Of a stretch of 64,000 nt of DNA, positions 23,789-35,602 are shown piece by piece. The notes below the pieces were generated by a model. That model saw nothing but the letters and a program-made list of their open reading frames with translations. It was not told the origin of the DNA and did not search any database. Position 1 is the stretch's first letter. The number at the start of each line of letters is the position of its first letter. The DNA comes from Cyanidioschyzon merolae (taxonomy: Eukaryota): assembly GCA_000091205.1 (NCBI GenBank), contig AP006498.2; one strand, given 5' to 3'. A program made the translations under genes and the position numbers.

Positions 23789-24989
23789 GGAGTCCGTTCA
23801 CACCCAGCGCTGGGTAGCTTAAGTCAACGAAGATTTGAATCACCTTTGCTGCGTGTATTCGAATGCTTATTCACAATGTACAGCTGGACGTTGAGATCAT
23901 GATGGTATGCACTGTATCGATCATCGACGAATTGCCGCTAGGATGTATTCTCTGGTAAATAGTGAAAGGAGGTCTACATTCTGCTTCGGGTCAGGCATAC
24001 AATAGTACTCAGATGGTTGAGTAACACAGAAAGAATCACGTAGATACGCTCCGTGCCGAAAACCGATTTGCTCGAAGCGCGCCTGCGGTTAATGGTATAA
24101 AAATGATCCGTTCATCATATTACGGAAAGCAAAAGCAACGATCCTAGCAACTACCAGTGTCTCTATTTCTCAATAGCTTGTTCGCGTTGTCCTGAAAACA
24201 CTGGTATACAATCGCATAAAAAGTCCTGGTTCACAAACGGCAATCTTCCGCCGAAATCTCAACGACAGCGTCCTTGGAAAGTCAATATCGATATGAAGCA
24301 CAGAGACGACGATTTGTTTTTTCAGTTAATGAGAGCTTCTTCAGACGAAACGGCCGGAGTGCGGATGGGTAGTCGCGGAGCGTGGCGTCCGTTGTATGCG
24401 CTATCGAACTCTTAGAGAACGAGTATATCATCATCGGTCTAGCTGTAGTGGAATCATTTAGCGGCCTCCAATTCGCGTATACAGAAGGCTCATACAACAG
24501 CGTTGACTTCGTCGAATCAATAAAGGTGTTGTCTCTGACGTCTGGCCACGACCTTCTACTAGACAACGTGGTAGTTCACATTTCCCCTTGCGTCGAGCTT
24601 TTGACGATTCTAATTAGGTAGAGCTGCTTTTGACTCCTCCGTTCTCTCCGCGTTTCAACTGCATCGCAGGAATGTCTTCTATCGTGAAACGAAATGATCG
24701 CTCTAGTGGGCCAATCGATGATGCGTTCAGCACACAGTGAAACACCCGGGCACATGACGTTGTTCTTCCGCCAGTCCTTCATCCTCCGGGAAGGTCCTCG
24801 CTTAAGGGTATCAAGCAGCGCGTTCATTTTTTGAAGAAACTAAAAATCCCAGGGATGAGCTGGGGTTTACTCATCAGAAGATCGAGATGGAGAAAAGCCA
24901 GCGAAGCGCTCCGGCGATAGAAGAGCACGGGGAGCTGATCGAGCAGCAAATGGCACAGACGGCACAAGTTCGAGGACTACTTGCATTGG

Positions 24990-25312
24990 TGGGTTCAACA
25001 ACGGCAAGAAACGCATGGAGTTTGTGAACCGAGACTTTAACGCCGCTATCGATATCAGGAGATGTGCGGTGCTGGAGACGAGACCTCCAGAATAGACAAG
25101 AGTGAACTTTGTTGGACAGCCTCCAAAAATTGAACTATATGAGAAATAATTGGAACCAGTAGCTCGTGGCCGGTCGAAAATGGCTGGGAGGCGTCTGCAC
25201 ATCAGCTGGAGACGCTGTGTCTAGGGCGCGGTTTCTCGCCAATACTGTGCACGGCCAACGGCGACGTTCGACTTCTGAGGCGAGTTTGGTAGTGGTGGTA
25301 TTATGTGGTGTT
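24990..25312 (+). mobile_element. Solo 3'-terminal fragment of the Fanzor/TnpB-type element (last about 30 codons plus conserved non-coding right end)
   Basis: Encodes ...[29 protein letters not shown]; the following about 220 bp align with 40650-40872 (gtggccggtc.aaaa..gctgggaggcgtctgcac...ggagacg.c.tgtctagggcg...gttcgactt...). Confidence 0.6.
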
Positions 25313-27099
25313 TCGTGACTGGACGGTGTGCTCCACTTTGGGGGGTTAACACAAACAGCACTTCGGTGACAGCTCGGTCTCGATGGAGGACGGCTGTCTG
25401 CGGCGGCCAGCAGCAGAGGTGCACAAGACGCACAAAGCTGGCATCGAGGCGTCCCTGCCGGGCTAGCGCTAGTGACCCGAACTTCTGGCGAGACGTGGCG
25501 CGCTCAGTGTCCGAGCAGGGCGAGCTGGCGACTTCGCGAGCTCCTGTGCGTCGAGAGCGACCTCCTCCGCAATGGGTGGCGCCGCCGCCCGGCTTTGAAC
25601 TCGATACGAGCGGCGAAAGCAGTTCGACTTGGGCTTCATGGCGCGCGGCGGCAGAGGCAGCGCAAGCCGAGCAAGAGGCGGTGCAAGAGCGGCTTGAGCG
25701 TGGCGAACCTGTGCGTGATATGACCGCTGAACGAAACTTCTGGCGGAGCGCAGCGGCTGAACTAGGCGCACCGTTGGACCCCGGCAGAACGGCAGCCGAG
25801 CTACGCACTGCAGCAGGCGGGTTGGCGGAGCGTCCTTCGGAGCATAATCGCAGCGAAGAGATTGGGAGCATCGATTCGAACATTCCTGAATCGGATGAGG
25901 AGTGGGACCCCGACACCTCCTGGATGCAAATGTATGCGTCAGACGCTGTTGAATTCGTTTCGGGAACCGAATCTGCTGATGATAATCTTCAAGGGACACT
26001 TTGGGGCGCCGCTCTGGGATCCGAGCAAGCAGCACGCGAACGTTCATCCACATCCTTGCAGTCGTTATCCGCAGAATGGGACACGAAGGAGCGCATTCCT
26101 GATTCCGGGGCAGAAGCTGCAGACGAGGAGGAAACCTTGGAGCCGCGCGATCCGAAGAAGGAGACAGCATTCTGGCGGGGTGCGGCCCAGGAGCTGCTTG
26201 GGGCATCCACGGGAGCTACGTCGGATGCGTTCGCGACTCGCTCGACCACGTCGCACAGCGCAGACGGGAGTGCCACGCAGGACTCCGAAGAGGAAACCTG
26301 GGAGCCGCGCGATCCGAAGAAGGAGACAGCATTCTGGCGGGGTGCGGCCCAGGAGCTGCTTGGGGCATCCACGGGAGCTACGTCGGATGCGTTCGCGACT
26401 CGCTCGACCACGTCGCACAGCGCAGACGGGAGTGCCACGCAGGACTCCGAAGAGGAAACCTGGGAGCCGCGCGATCCGAAGAAGGAGACAGCATTCTGGC
26501 GGGGTGCGGCCCAGGAGCTGCTTGGGGCATCCACGGGAGCTACGTCGGATGCGTTCGCGACTCGCTCGACCACGTCGCACAGCGCAGACGGGAGTGCCAC
26601 GCAGGACTCCGAAGAGGAAACCTGGGAGCCGCGCGATCCGAAGAAGGAGACAGCATTCTGGCGGGGTGCGGCTCAAGACATCATCGAGAGCCTTCCGACA
26701 CAAATCGAACTCGGTGTGGATGCACAGTCAAGCGCCAGCACTCCCGCCGTTCCCGATGCGCATGCCGGAACTGGTGATCCCGACGTTACAGCCGAAGAGC
26801 CCGTAGGCCCAGCTGAAGCCTGGGCTGCCTGGCGTGCCGCCCGAGCTTCTTCTAAGAACGTGTCCGCTTTACCCGCTCCTGTGGCTGAGACGCACCCAGA
26901 ACCTCTTTCTGAAACAGAGATCTGGATTCAGTGGCGAGAACAGCAAAGAAAAACCTGGGCAGGAGCCCTCAACGACCTGAACCGTAACCGTCCGCGAGAA
27001 CAGCAAGTTGCGCGACCCGAGAAAAGCACCGTTGATCGCTGGCGCCATGTTGCCGCAGAACTATCACAAGACAGCCCACAAAGCGAGGAGAACTCATAA
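25303..27099 (+). CDS. Repeat-containing acidic protein with reiterated FWR motifs; true start uncertain (first codons overlap the TE fragment end)
   Basis: 598-aa ORF; motifs NFWRDVA, NFWRSAAAELGAP, AFWRGAAQELLGAS x4, EAWAAWRAA, DRWRHVAAEL; contains 3.35 tandem copies of a 54-aa (162-bp) unit. Confidence 0.45.
   Translation: MWCFVTGRCAPLWGVNTNSTSVTARSRWRTAVCGGQQQRCTRRTKLASRRPCRASASDPNFWRDVARSVSEQGELATSRAPVRRERPPPQWVAPPPGFELDTSGESSSTWASWRAAAEAAQAEQEAVQERLERGEPVRDMTAERNFWRSAAAELGAPLDPGRTAAELRTAAGGLAERPSEHNRSEEIGSIDSNIPESDEEWDPDTSWMQMYASDAVEFVSGTESADDNLQGTLWGAALGSEQAARERSSTSLQSLSAEWDTKERIPDSGAEAADEEETLEPRDPKKETAFWRGAAQELLGASTGATSDAFATRSTTSHSADGSATQDSEEETWEPRDPKKETAFWRGAAQELLGASTGATSDAFATRSTTSHSADGSATQDSEEETWEPRDPKKETAFWRGAAQELLGASTGATSDAFATRSTTSHSADGSATQDSEEETWEPRDPKKETAFWRGAAQDIIESLPTQIELGVDAQSSASTPAVPDAHAGTGDPDVTAEEPVGPAEAWAAWRAARASSKNVSALPAPVAETHPEPLSETEIWIQWREQQRKTWAGALNDLNRNRPREQQVARPEKSTVDRWRHVAAELSQDSPQSEENS
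26125..26670 (+). repeat. 162-bp tandem repeat x3.35 (in-frame, inside CDS); copies 2-4 identical
   Basis: Unit starts at 26125, 26287, 26449 and 26611 (gaagaggaaacctgggagccgcgcgatccgaagaaggagacagcattctggcgg...). Confidence 0.85.
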
Positions 27100-27417
27100 G
27101 CAACTTGCAACTGGGAATCTTTACGTATCGAGGCCGCTGAACAAGTCCTACCGAGGGCATCCATCCCTCACGAGCAGCGCTGTGCGGATCACGCACTCCC
27201 CGCGATCACGCATGGCACGCATCGAGGGCTGCCCGCATCGCCACTGCCGCGCGTGCTGCGTGTTGCACCGAACGCGCATGGCACGTCGTTTCCGTGCGTA
27301 GCCGGGCGCTGTGAACTCCAATGTCCATGATTGCCTCTGATGATTACGATCTTCAGATAAGGATGCGTGTTGGCCGCCATCGGAGGCATTCGACTCCCGT
27401 GGAAAGACCAGAATTTT

Positions 27418-30400
27418 TTAGCTCCACTGTGAGAAACGTTCCAGCGCTTCGGTTAACTGCGCGATTTCCTGCTCATAGCGATTCAGGTTTTGCACGGTGC
27501 GCTCTCGAACGGATTCCGGTACGCGTTCATCATAGTTTTGAAGTTGTTCCCTAAAACGCTGTGCGCTTCGCTCAGCTTCAGCGAGCTTCGCCTGCGCTTT
27601 CGCCTTTTCGACTTGCACATCAACAAGACCGGCAAGATGCAGGTAAATACAGATCTGGGGAGTGACCAACTGCACACCGCATTGTTTCACTTCGGACGGC
27701 GGGTCTGCTTGCACGTTAACAGTGCCACAGAGCGCCAGCGTCCGTACAAGTGGAGCGCAGACCGCATCACCGCCGACAATCCATACCTGCGGGCGAGCAG
27801 TCTTCTTCACTTGGTACAGAGTCCGAAGCGAACGGATGCCGCGAACAATGAGCATCGCCTGCTGGACGAGCTCCTCAGCGGCCTCGTCGCGGGAGCCGCC
27901 TTCCGGATACGACGCAGTCATGATCGAGGGCGCTCTTTTCGGTAAAGGCAGACGCTGGTACAGTTCCTCGGTAACGAATGGCATCATGGGGTGCAGGAGG
28001 CGAAGGCCCTGGTCGAGACACTCCAGCAGTACTCGGCGCGCCACCGAGGCGTCACTGGTTGCCGTCGCATCCGCGGGCGCATCCTCGGCGCCGTACACTC
28101 GCGGCTTGATTGCTTCTAGATACACGTCACACAGTTCGTAGAGCCAGAAATGATGCAGTGCCTGAACTGCTTCAGCAAACTCGTAGCTGGAGAGCGCTTG
28201 ATGGCATTGCATTGCACAGTGCGCAAGACGCGAGAGAATCCATCGATCCTCGAGTGCTAGCGCGGCATCCTTGTAGACAAGTGCTTCCGCTCCGCTGTCA
28301 TCGGAGGCATTCGGCAGTTGTCGATGCGCAGGCTGGCCGGCCATGTCCTTGTCCGCGACATGTAACAGGCCGAGGGCAAATCGCACGGCATTCCATAGCT
28401 TGTTGCAGAAATGACGATACGCAACAACTCGTGCAACATCAAGGTTGATATCGCGGCCTTGCAACGTATACGCAAGCAGTCCAAATCGAAGCGCGTCCGT
28501 TCCACACTCGGGTATTCCCTGTTCACCGTACTCAAGCCGCTGCATCTTGCGCGCCTTCTCGACCTCGCGTGGATCCAGATTTCCACTGAGTAACTTTGCG
28601 TGCAGCTGCTCCAGCGTAGCGCCCTCGATGACCTCAAGCGGGTCGATAACATTTCCCAACGATTTCGACATTTTGCGGCCGTACTTGTCCCGTACAAGGG
28701 CGTGCAGGTAAACTGTAGAAAAGGGTAGCTTACCAGTGAGCTCTAAGCCCAGCATCACCATTCGCGCCACCCAGAAAAACAGGATATCGTGACCGGTCTC
28801 CAGAAGCGTCGTCGGGTAAAACGCGTGCATTTCCCTGTTGACAGGTGAGGTATCCGGCCAACCGAATACCGAGAACGGAAACAATCCCGATGAGAACCAG
28901 GTATCGAGGACGTCCTCGTCCTGCTCTAGCGACTCCCGATAGGCAGGTGGAGCTCTCTGACGAGCCTCTTCGACGTTACGCGCAACAATCCACTCCTCGG
29001 CACCAGTGTCAACGTTTGTATACCGCCAAGCGGGAATACGATGGCCCCACCATAGTTGGCGCGAAACACACCAGTCATGGATGTTTTCCAACCAGCGATT
29101 CCAAGTAGCGCGGTGGAATTCCGGCAGGATTGTGAGCTGTCCCTCGTCGGCAGCTCGAACCGCTTCGCGTGCCATGTGGTCGCATTTCACCCACCACTGC
29201 GGTTTGAGCATCGGCTCGATAATGTCGTGTGTACGTGAACAGAGCGCGAGTCGCATAGCGTGGCTCTCTTTTCCGCGCAGATACCCTCGTTCAGCGAGCG
29301 CCCGCTCGACCTGAACGCGGGCCTCATAGCGCATCAGGCCAGAAAACGCTCCAGCGTGCTCGTTGAGGTGACCTTCGTCATCAAAAATAACGATGAACGG
29401 TAATCCGTGGCGCAGACCGCACTCGTAATCGTTCGGATCATGCGCTGGAGTGACCTTCACACATCCAGTTCCGAAGCTCATATCCACGAGCTGTGCGTCC
29501 GCAATGACCCGCAGCTCGCGATCGGGAAGAAACGGATGCACCAGCTGGGCGCCAACGAGGTCTCGGTATCGTGGATCCTCCGGATGAACGGCAACGGCAA
29601 CGTCGCCCAACATGGTCTCCAGTCGAGTGGTGGCTACCACCAGCTCATGGATACCGCCCGGTACAGGTTCCTTCAACGGGTACGCAAACCGGGTCAAGAC
29701 CCCTACCTCTACCTCGCCATCATGGCCGGGCACTCGCAGCAGCTCTCGGCCCGGAATATCCACGTATTCTACTTCGATATCACTGAGCGCTGTTCGCAGT
29801 CGGCAGCACCAGTTCACAAGTCGGGTTCCTCGGTAGATGAGACCACGCTCGTACAGACGAACAAACGCCTCCACTACAGCCTTTGACAATTGTTCGTTCA
29901 TGGTGAACTGTTCACGGCTCCAGTCGACTGAGACGCCTAAGCGACGGAGCTGATCGCAGATCCGGCCTCCGTATTCCTCTTTGTAGGCCCAGACGTAGCG
30001 CACAAAGTCGTCGCGCCCCAGATCGTGTCGGGTCAGGTTGCGCTCTCGCATGAGTTTTCTTTCGACAACTGTTTGAGTGGCAATACCAGCATGGTCTGTT
30101 CCCGGAACCCAAAGCGCAACGTGGCCTCTCATTCGATGCCAGCGGGTCAAGCAATCCTGGATCGCACACATCAGGGTGTGCCCCAGGTGCAGTGTTCCAG
30201 TGACATTTGGCGGAGGCATGACCATGACGAAGCGTCTGCTAGGGTCTGGCTCGGAAAGCGCTTGCTCCGTCTGCGCGGTAAAGAATCCTTGTGCTTCCCA
30301 CCAGTCGTACCAGGCGGCCTCTACGGATCGCGGGTAATATGCCGGGGACATGGGTTTCTTGAGAAGCGTTTTGTAGGCGCCCTTTGGTGTATGGTCGATG

Positions 30401-30714
30401 TATTCGGGTGGCAACTGCTTCGATGAAGAGCCAGTATCATCATTGTCGTTGGTGGTACTCGCTGAACTCTTGTTTGCTCGCGCCCCAGTTGCCGCCTGAG
30501 TCGCACTCGCAGCGCCCAGGTTCGCTTCAGCAATCACTGAGCGTGCTTGTGCTTTCAACGCTTTCTGCTCGGCTTTTTCTAACAGTTTCGCCAGCTTCTT
30601 CTGTTTCGCCTTGGGGAGTAGTGCCCGTTCCTCAGCAGTCATCGCTCTATACTGCTCTAGCGTGACATCTTGGCCAGTGGCAGCGGCGCTCTCTCCGGTC
30701 GCGTCGAGCGTCAT
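27418..30714 (-). CDS. VARS: Valine--tRNA ligase (valyl-tRNA synthetase), class I
   Basis: 1098 aa; HIGH region PPPNVTGTLHLGHTL, KMSKS motif KMSKSLGNVIDP; Lys/Ala-rich N-terminal extension; C-terminal coiled coil. Confidence 0.9.
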   Translation of the reverse strand: MTLDATGESAAATGQDVTLEQYRAMTAEERALLPKAKQKKLAKLLEKAEQKALKAQARSVIAEANLGAASATQAATGARANKSSASTTNDNDDTGSSSKQLPPEYIDHTPKGAYKTLLKKPMSPAYYPRSVEAAWYDWWEAQGFFTAQTEQALSEPDPSRRFVMVMPPPNVTGTLHLGHTLMCAIQDCLTRWHRMRGHVALWVPGTDHAGIATQTVVERKLMRERNLTRHDLGRDDFVRYVWAYKEEYGGRICDQLRRLGVSVDWSREQFTMNEQLSKAVVEAFVRLYERGLIYRGTRLVNWCCRLRTALSDIEVEYVDIPGRELLRVPGHDGEVEVGVLTRFAYPLKEPVPGGIHELVVATTRLETMLGDVAVAVHPEDPRYRDLVGAQLVHPFLPDRELRVIADAQLVDMSFGTGCVKVTPAHDPNDYECGLRHGLPFIVIFDDEGHLNEHAGAFSGLMRYEARVQVERALAERGYLRGKESHAMRLALCSRTHDIIEPMLKPQWWVKCDHMAREAVRAADEGQLTILPEFHRATWNRWLENIHDWCVSRQLWWGHRIPAWRYTNVDTGAEEWIVARNVEEARQRAPPAYRESLEQDEDVLDTWFSSGLFPFSVFGWPDTSPVNREMHAFYPTTLLETGHDILFFWVARMVMLGLELTGKLPFSTVYLHALVRDKYGRKMSKSLGNVIDPLEVIEGATLEQLHAKLLSGNLDPREVEKARKMQRLEYGEQGIPECGTDALRFGLLAYTLQGRDINLDVARVVAYRHFCNKLWNAVRFALGLLHVADKDMAGQPAHRQLPNASDDSGAEALVYKDAALALEDRWILSRLAHCAMQCHQALSSYEFAEAVQALHHFWLYELCDVYLEAIKPRVYGAEDAPADATATSDASVARRVLLECLDQGLRLLHPMMPFVTEELYQRLPLPKRAPSIMTASYPEGGSRDEAAEELVQQAMLIVRGIRSLRTLYQVKKTARPQVWIVGGDAVCAPLVRTLALCGTVNVQADPPSEVKQCGVQLVTPQICIYLHLAGLVDVQVEKAKAQAKLAEAERSAQRFREQLQNYDERVPESVRERTVQNLNRYEQEIAQLTEALERFSQWS

Positions 30715-31529
30715 GCGCAGTTTTCCGCTATTGAAACCCCGGAGTACGCTTTAGACGAAACAGGCTTGAGAAATTGAGTTTCCACTCGCAATGCGTACAG
30801 CGCAGTCCAGATCAGGCTTTCCTACTGGGCAGCTGCCTGGCACTATACATGCAGCAGGAAGCTATGCCAAAAACGTTCTATGAGGCTACTTTCCGCGCTG
30901 GCGCGGTGTCGAGGCGGTGTCCAGCTGTCCGTAATATTCCTAGTTGTACTGTTTTCATCGGAGCCGCTGCTTGGCCTGAGCCACGCTAATGTCAGAAAAA
31001 TCGTACACCGACTATTCACTATGTTCCTAACTTTCATATTTTCCAGCTTTTTCGGAGTTGAAGACTATCAACATTCCAAGTGCAGCATCCAAGACTTGCC
31101 CACTCAAGCGTCGTTTCGGGTTTTCGGTCGTCTTTTCCGAGTGGTTGCCTCGAAGCTTCGCCGCTAGTATTCAAGACAACACCGGAATCAAGTTGATCCG
31201 CCATGCCCACGGTCAAGGTTTCTTAGAATTACAGGACCCATAACCCAATATATACATGCATGCTTCCAATTCTCTCCTTTTCTAACGTGCAGCATGCTCA
31301 AAGCACGCGTTCTCCGAGTTTTCGATCTTTCTTTCTCAAGTTGAACGGTGAAGACACCAACTCGTGTCGCTTGATGTATAAGCGAAATGAATCGACATTG
31401 TCCCTTGACGCTCTGTTCACAAGCACATCCAAAAAGTTAATTCAAATTATTTTCTCAAACAATCAATTCCGTTCGAAAGAAACATCCTTCTTCCGACGTG
31501 GGTATCGACGTAATCGCATTCCACAAAAG

Positions 31530-32340
31530 TATGATTTCTCACATGGGATTTGCTCCCAGAGGCTCACGTCTCTTCTCTGGGGATCGAGCAGGTTCTTGGA
31601 CTCGGACTTGAGCCATCGCAGCGATCGCTTCCTGCGGGGCGTGTATCACCGTTTTGCCCGATGAGAGTGTAGACGCAACGAAATTTCTCGGCGTGTGTTT
31701 GAGCCTCGATTCTCTGCAAGGTAATAGGTTCATCAAGGAAAAGCTGACGTTTCACATATCCTCGATCCAATAGAGCCGCCTGCGTTTGGGCGTGCAACGG
31801 ACAATGTACTCGCCGAGCGCATCGCCCAGAAGAGGCGGATGCTCGTATGGTACTGCACCGAGCACCAAGACGGGGGCGCGCATCAAGCGATGCCTTCTGC
31901 ACTCGTCCAGAGCATGAACCAAGCGATGAAGCAGGCGTCAACGCGCCATAGAGCAGCCTTCCGCGGCGGCGAGTTGATGCACGTGCTTGAAAACATGACC
32001 GAAGTGATGTGCCACCGCCGTAAAGGGTGTACCGAGGTTGCGCGCGAAGGAGATCCGAATGGTAAGCGGAGCTTAGATGATACCCTGCGCCTTTTGCATG
32101 GAAAGCGTTGACGAAGCCTGAACCAGCGTAGCAGGCACGATCTTGGTGCCATCAACATCTGTCGAGTGATGGTGACGAAGCTGGAGGAGCAGGCGAGACC
32201 AGTGGATTCTACGTGGGAAACGAGTTAGAAAAAACCCTGCAAATGCTATTGTGGATAATGGGTTACAGAGAGCGAAACTTTAGAATGTACGCCCTTGCTG
32301 GATGGCCCGTTCCATTTGATGCTGACATAGGTGTAAGCTG
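31530..32340 (-). repeat. Dispersed repeat family copy B (truncated, about 0.8 kb)
   Basis: Aligns to 8131-8900 of copy A in inverted orientation; shares the 30-bp terminal extension (ttgctggatggcccgt.ccatttgatgc) with copy C. Confidence 0.7.
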
Positions 32341-34780
32341 GGGCGCGCGCTCCATCACGCCTCGCGTGCTTCCCGCTCGACGTGACGGCATCGTTAGTGC
32401 TGGACTTGTTCTTCAAGTCTTGAGTACCGTATGCGCTTCAGTCGCTGCATTAGTGGAACAGTGCGGTTCTTTCCGCTAATCTGAAACTGCTACGTATGCG
32501 GTCCCAGTTTGACGACTTGTTCCCGAGGTATGAGCGGAACCCTCGTCATGCACGTAACTCGATTCGAATTATCAAAAGTTTTGGAATTTCTTTTCGACAA
32601 ATCCGAAAAGGGTCATCGTATTGACACCATATAAAATGCTACGTGTTTCCATTGTGAAAGCGGCGGTCTGGGCTCCATCTTGTTCGTATCCTTTCACACT
32701 GTCACCGGCAGCTGCTGCCGATTGGCGCTCTCTAGAAAAGGCGGCCGTCGTGGCAGCAGGGTAGAGCACACTTGTGTCGTCGGCAAGGCTGGTTGCACCG
32801 GTTCCCGATTATGAGGAATTTGGCGCCGTCCATCATCCGTAGGTAATCTCCTGAATGCGTCCCAGGAAATCCGCGGGAGCGGCACCCGCGGGAACGCATT
32901 CGGTTCTCGCACCAGAATCCCGAGGTCATCGCTGCATACAAGGATCGCACAAAATGGTAATGACGCACTGATTTTTCGGTCTTCACCTGCTGCTTTTCTG
33001 TGGACCGGCTCTTAAGCGCGCCGTGGAGATTTTTCACGAGAAAAGAGGGCAACCCTGCGTCGTGCATGGCATCCGGGGCTGACTTTTGTCCTTGGTGGAA
33101 GGCATTTTTAAACATTCTCGCTATCGCTACTCGCAGGGTGTAACGATAGAAGGCTTGCGTGTTGCAGCTTTACTGTCGGACTCGATTTCTCCCAGAGCCT
33201 CGTTCGAAACGAGATATTGTGCTCGGTGCCCGCAGGCGATGCGGAAAAAGGGCCTCACTGGGCACTTGCACTGGCACGCTTCCCAGCAGGGCGCAACGCT
33301 CGGCATTGTACGAGCACCGGTATTTAGGATCGGTCACAACAGAGGTTGCTGCGATGTCTCGCAAGTGACCTGAACACCATAGTGCCTCGCCTTTTCTCTA
33401 GGTTGGCTACAGAAGAAGAATGACTCGCTAAGATCATCGAGCAGCTGCCAGCCCAAAGGTTACCCTACGATCTGTTGCCTGCTTACATTGCCTATGATCA
33501 GCGAATACGAAGAATTGAGTTTTCGGGGCTCGTCGCAGCTCTCGGTCCCGCATTCTCATGCATGGGCCTGGATCAGCAGCTCTTCAGATGAATGGATCGC
33601 GACGCGGTCGCGTCCTCTACCAGAAATCAGGCAATACTGATCGATCAGCGGACCCCAGCGAGCGCTCTGTGGATCGGTTAGTCAGACAGACTCACTGGTC
33701 GATTGTGTCGCGCGATGCTGCTCGCGATTCGTGCGGGTCATCACGCATCGCGAGTGCGTGCAGCTCCATGAAAGGCGAACTCTCCGCCAGGCTTCTAGAA
33801 TGTATATAGAAACAGAACGCCCGTCTAACCGCTATCGTGACCAGGGTGTATTCCAGATCTCACCACGTAGAGGTGCTCTGACATTTGGTACGCCATGTAC
33901 ATGACATGCATTGAAAACTACCGTATTGCAACTTGCCAGCTACCTGTGCAAAGCTGTATGTGTATCCGTTGATCGCACTGGCACGAGGTATCCGACCTCG
34001 TCCGTATCGACGACACGCCAATGCTGCCGATCTTCAGCAAAGGGACGACAGCTCCTCCATAGACGCTTCCGGGTCTCATGGTACCTATCACCTCAAACTT
34101 GCACGCAGCAGACACCATATCTAGCGGTACGTCGCGCCCTGAGTCTATAACGGGTCCCAGTGCTTTTGTCATGCTGTGTCGATGAGTTTATCCAATGCCC
34201 CCAGACGCGCGAATATGATTACAGAACATAATATAGCGCACAGTCTCTCCAAACACGATTACGTACGCGGACACACACACACATAGAAGATTCACCAACT
34301 CCTGCGCATCGTGCCTGTCGTGAATATAGAGCCTACACAAATCCAGAGTGGCTGCATCCCTCGTGGGCGATGGAGACGCCTGCAGCGTCGCCTGCCTATG
34401 CTTCTACAGAAAAACGAGACAATCCTGTCCCAGGTGCGGCACGCGCGATCCCGACGGGATCGCAGCGCTCCGTGCCTCGCGAACCCTTGACTGCAGCAGC
34501 AGCAGCAGCAGGTGGCTGGCAGAGCGGGACATGCGCACGGACGCCGTCCATGCGTGAGCTCCCGACGGCGCGCGCTCCTCGGATCGCTCGGATCCGCAAG
34601 CGGCATGTGTGCTGCACCTGAGGCAGGCACGCAGATTGCCTGCCGTTTTGGGATTGCAGCTCGAGGTTTGTCGCTTAGCAGCACGACGAACCGCAAGTCT
34701 TATCGTTGTGCACTATAGTACACAGCTAGAAACTTTAGCTTCAGGAGTAGTACTGGTGTTGAGTAGTTAAGGCACTGGCA

Positions 34781-35602
34781 ATGGTTTTTGTGAACGTCAA
34801 CGCCGCGTCACTGCAAACAGGTCGCTTTCTGGGTCGCGCCCTGCATCGTCGCCGCTTTTGCGAAGCGCGATCGCGCTCACCGCTCGGAACGCTTATGGTA
34901 ATGCCGCCTGTTTCGAGGCGGGCGTTTTTAGCTGCTTTTGCTGCTGGCGTTACTGGGATTGTCTTGGCACGGGCTTCACCGAGCTGGGCTGACGGTGCTG
35001 TCTCGCGGGCAACTCGAGAACGCGCCCGTGGCCAGTACGGTCCACGGGTGCTTGCGACGCAGGCTATTATAGACAGGATAGAGCAGGCGGCGAACGCTGG
35101 GAACCTGGAACTCGTCGCGGCTCTGACTGCAAACCCGAAGAAAATATCAAAAAAGGAACGGAAAGAACTGGAGTCTCTGGACGGTTTTGGGGCGCTCTAC
35201 GCGGAGCGGAACGCGTTCTTGCTTCTGAAAGGTGCAGTTCGGGGCGACCGAGTACGAGAGCCTGAGATGGATCGTGTTGTTGATCGGCTTTTCGCCACTG
35301 CAGACGAGATCTACCAGGCAGCGCGGATTGGAAACCGGGATAAGGTGATCCGAAGCGCGAGGAACTTGCCGCTCTACTTGAACTCTGTGATAACGGTTGC
35401 AGAAGTGAACCCTCGCGGCCCGGACGCTGCTCCAGGACAGGCATTCAGCAGCGATTTCGACTGGAGACGTGGTCGGGTTGCGATGCACTTAGAGGAGTCC
35501 GCCGCCAAGGGCTCGTCTGAGATGGCAGCGCAACCGGTGGTGTCGAAACCGTCTGCGCCTGCGCCTGCGCCTGCGCCAGAAGTATCCGCCGTCGGATCAT
35601 GA
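34781..35602 (+). CDS. Putative thylakoid-lumen protein with bipartite presequence (transit peptide plus twin-arginine Tat signal)
   Basis: 273 aa; SRRAFLAAFAAGVTGIVLARASPSWA = Tat consensus S-R-R-x-F-L followed by h-region and AxA-like site; Ala/Pro-rich C-terminal tail; mature domain not identified. Confidence 0.4.
   Translation: MVFVNVNAASLQTGRFLGRALHRRRFCEARSRSPLGTLMVMPPVSRRAFLAAFAAGVTGIVLARASPSWADGAVSRATRERARGQYGPRVLATQAIIDRIEQAANAGNLELVAALTANPKKISKKERKELESLDGFGALYAERNAFLLLKGAVRGDRVREPEMDRVVDRLFATADEIYQAARIGNRDKVIRSARNLPLYLNSVITVAEVNPRGPDAAPGQAFSSDFDWRRGRVAMHLEESAAKGSSEMAAQPVVSKPSAPAPAPAPEVSAVGS

Noticed and set aside
26125-26670. Possible CRISPR-like array (regular direct repeats)
   Set aside because: The repeats are contiguous 162-bp units without unique spacers, lie in-frame inside a eukaryotic CDS, and no cas genes are present.
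25469-26703. Long minus-strand ORFs (245, 203 and 212 aa) antisense to the FWR-repeat gene, themselves repetitive
   Set aside because: They are mirror images of the tandem coding repeat on the plus strand. GC-rich sequence keeps antisense frames open. The Arg/Cys-rich low-complexity translation has no motifs.
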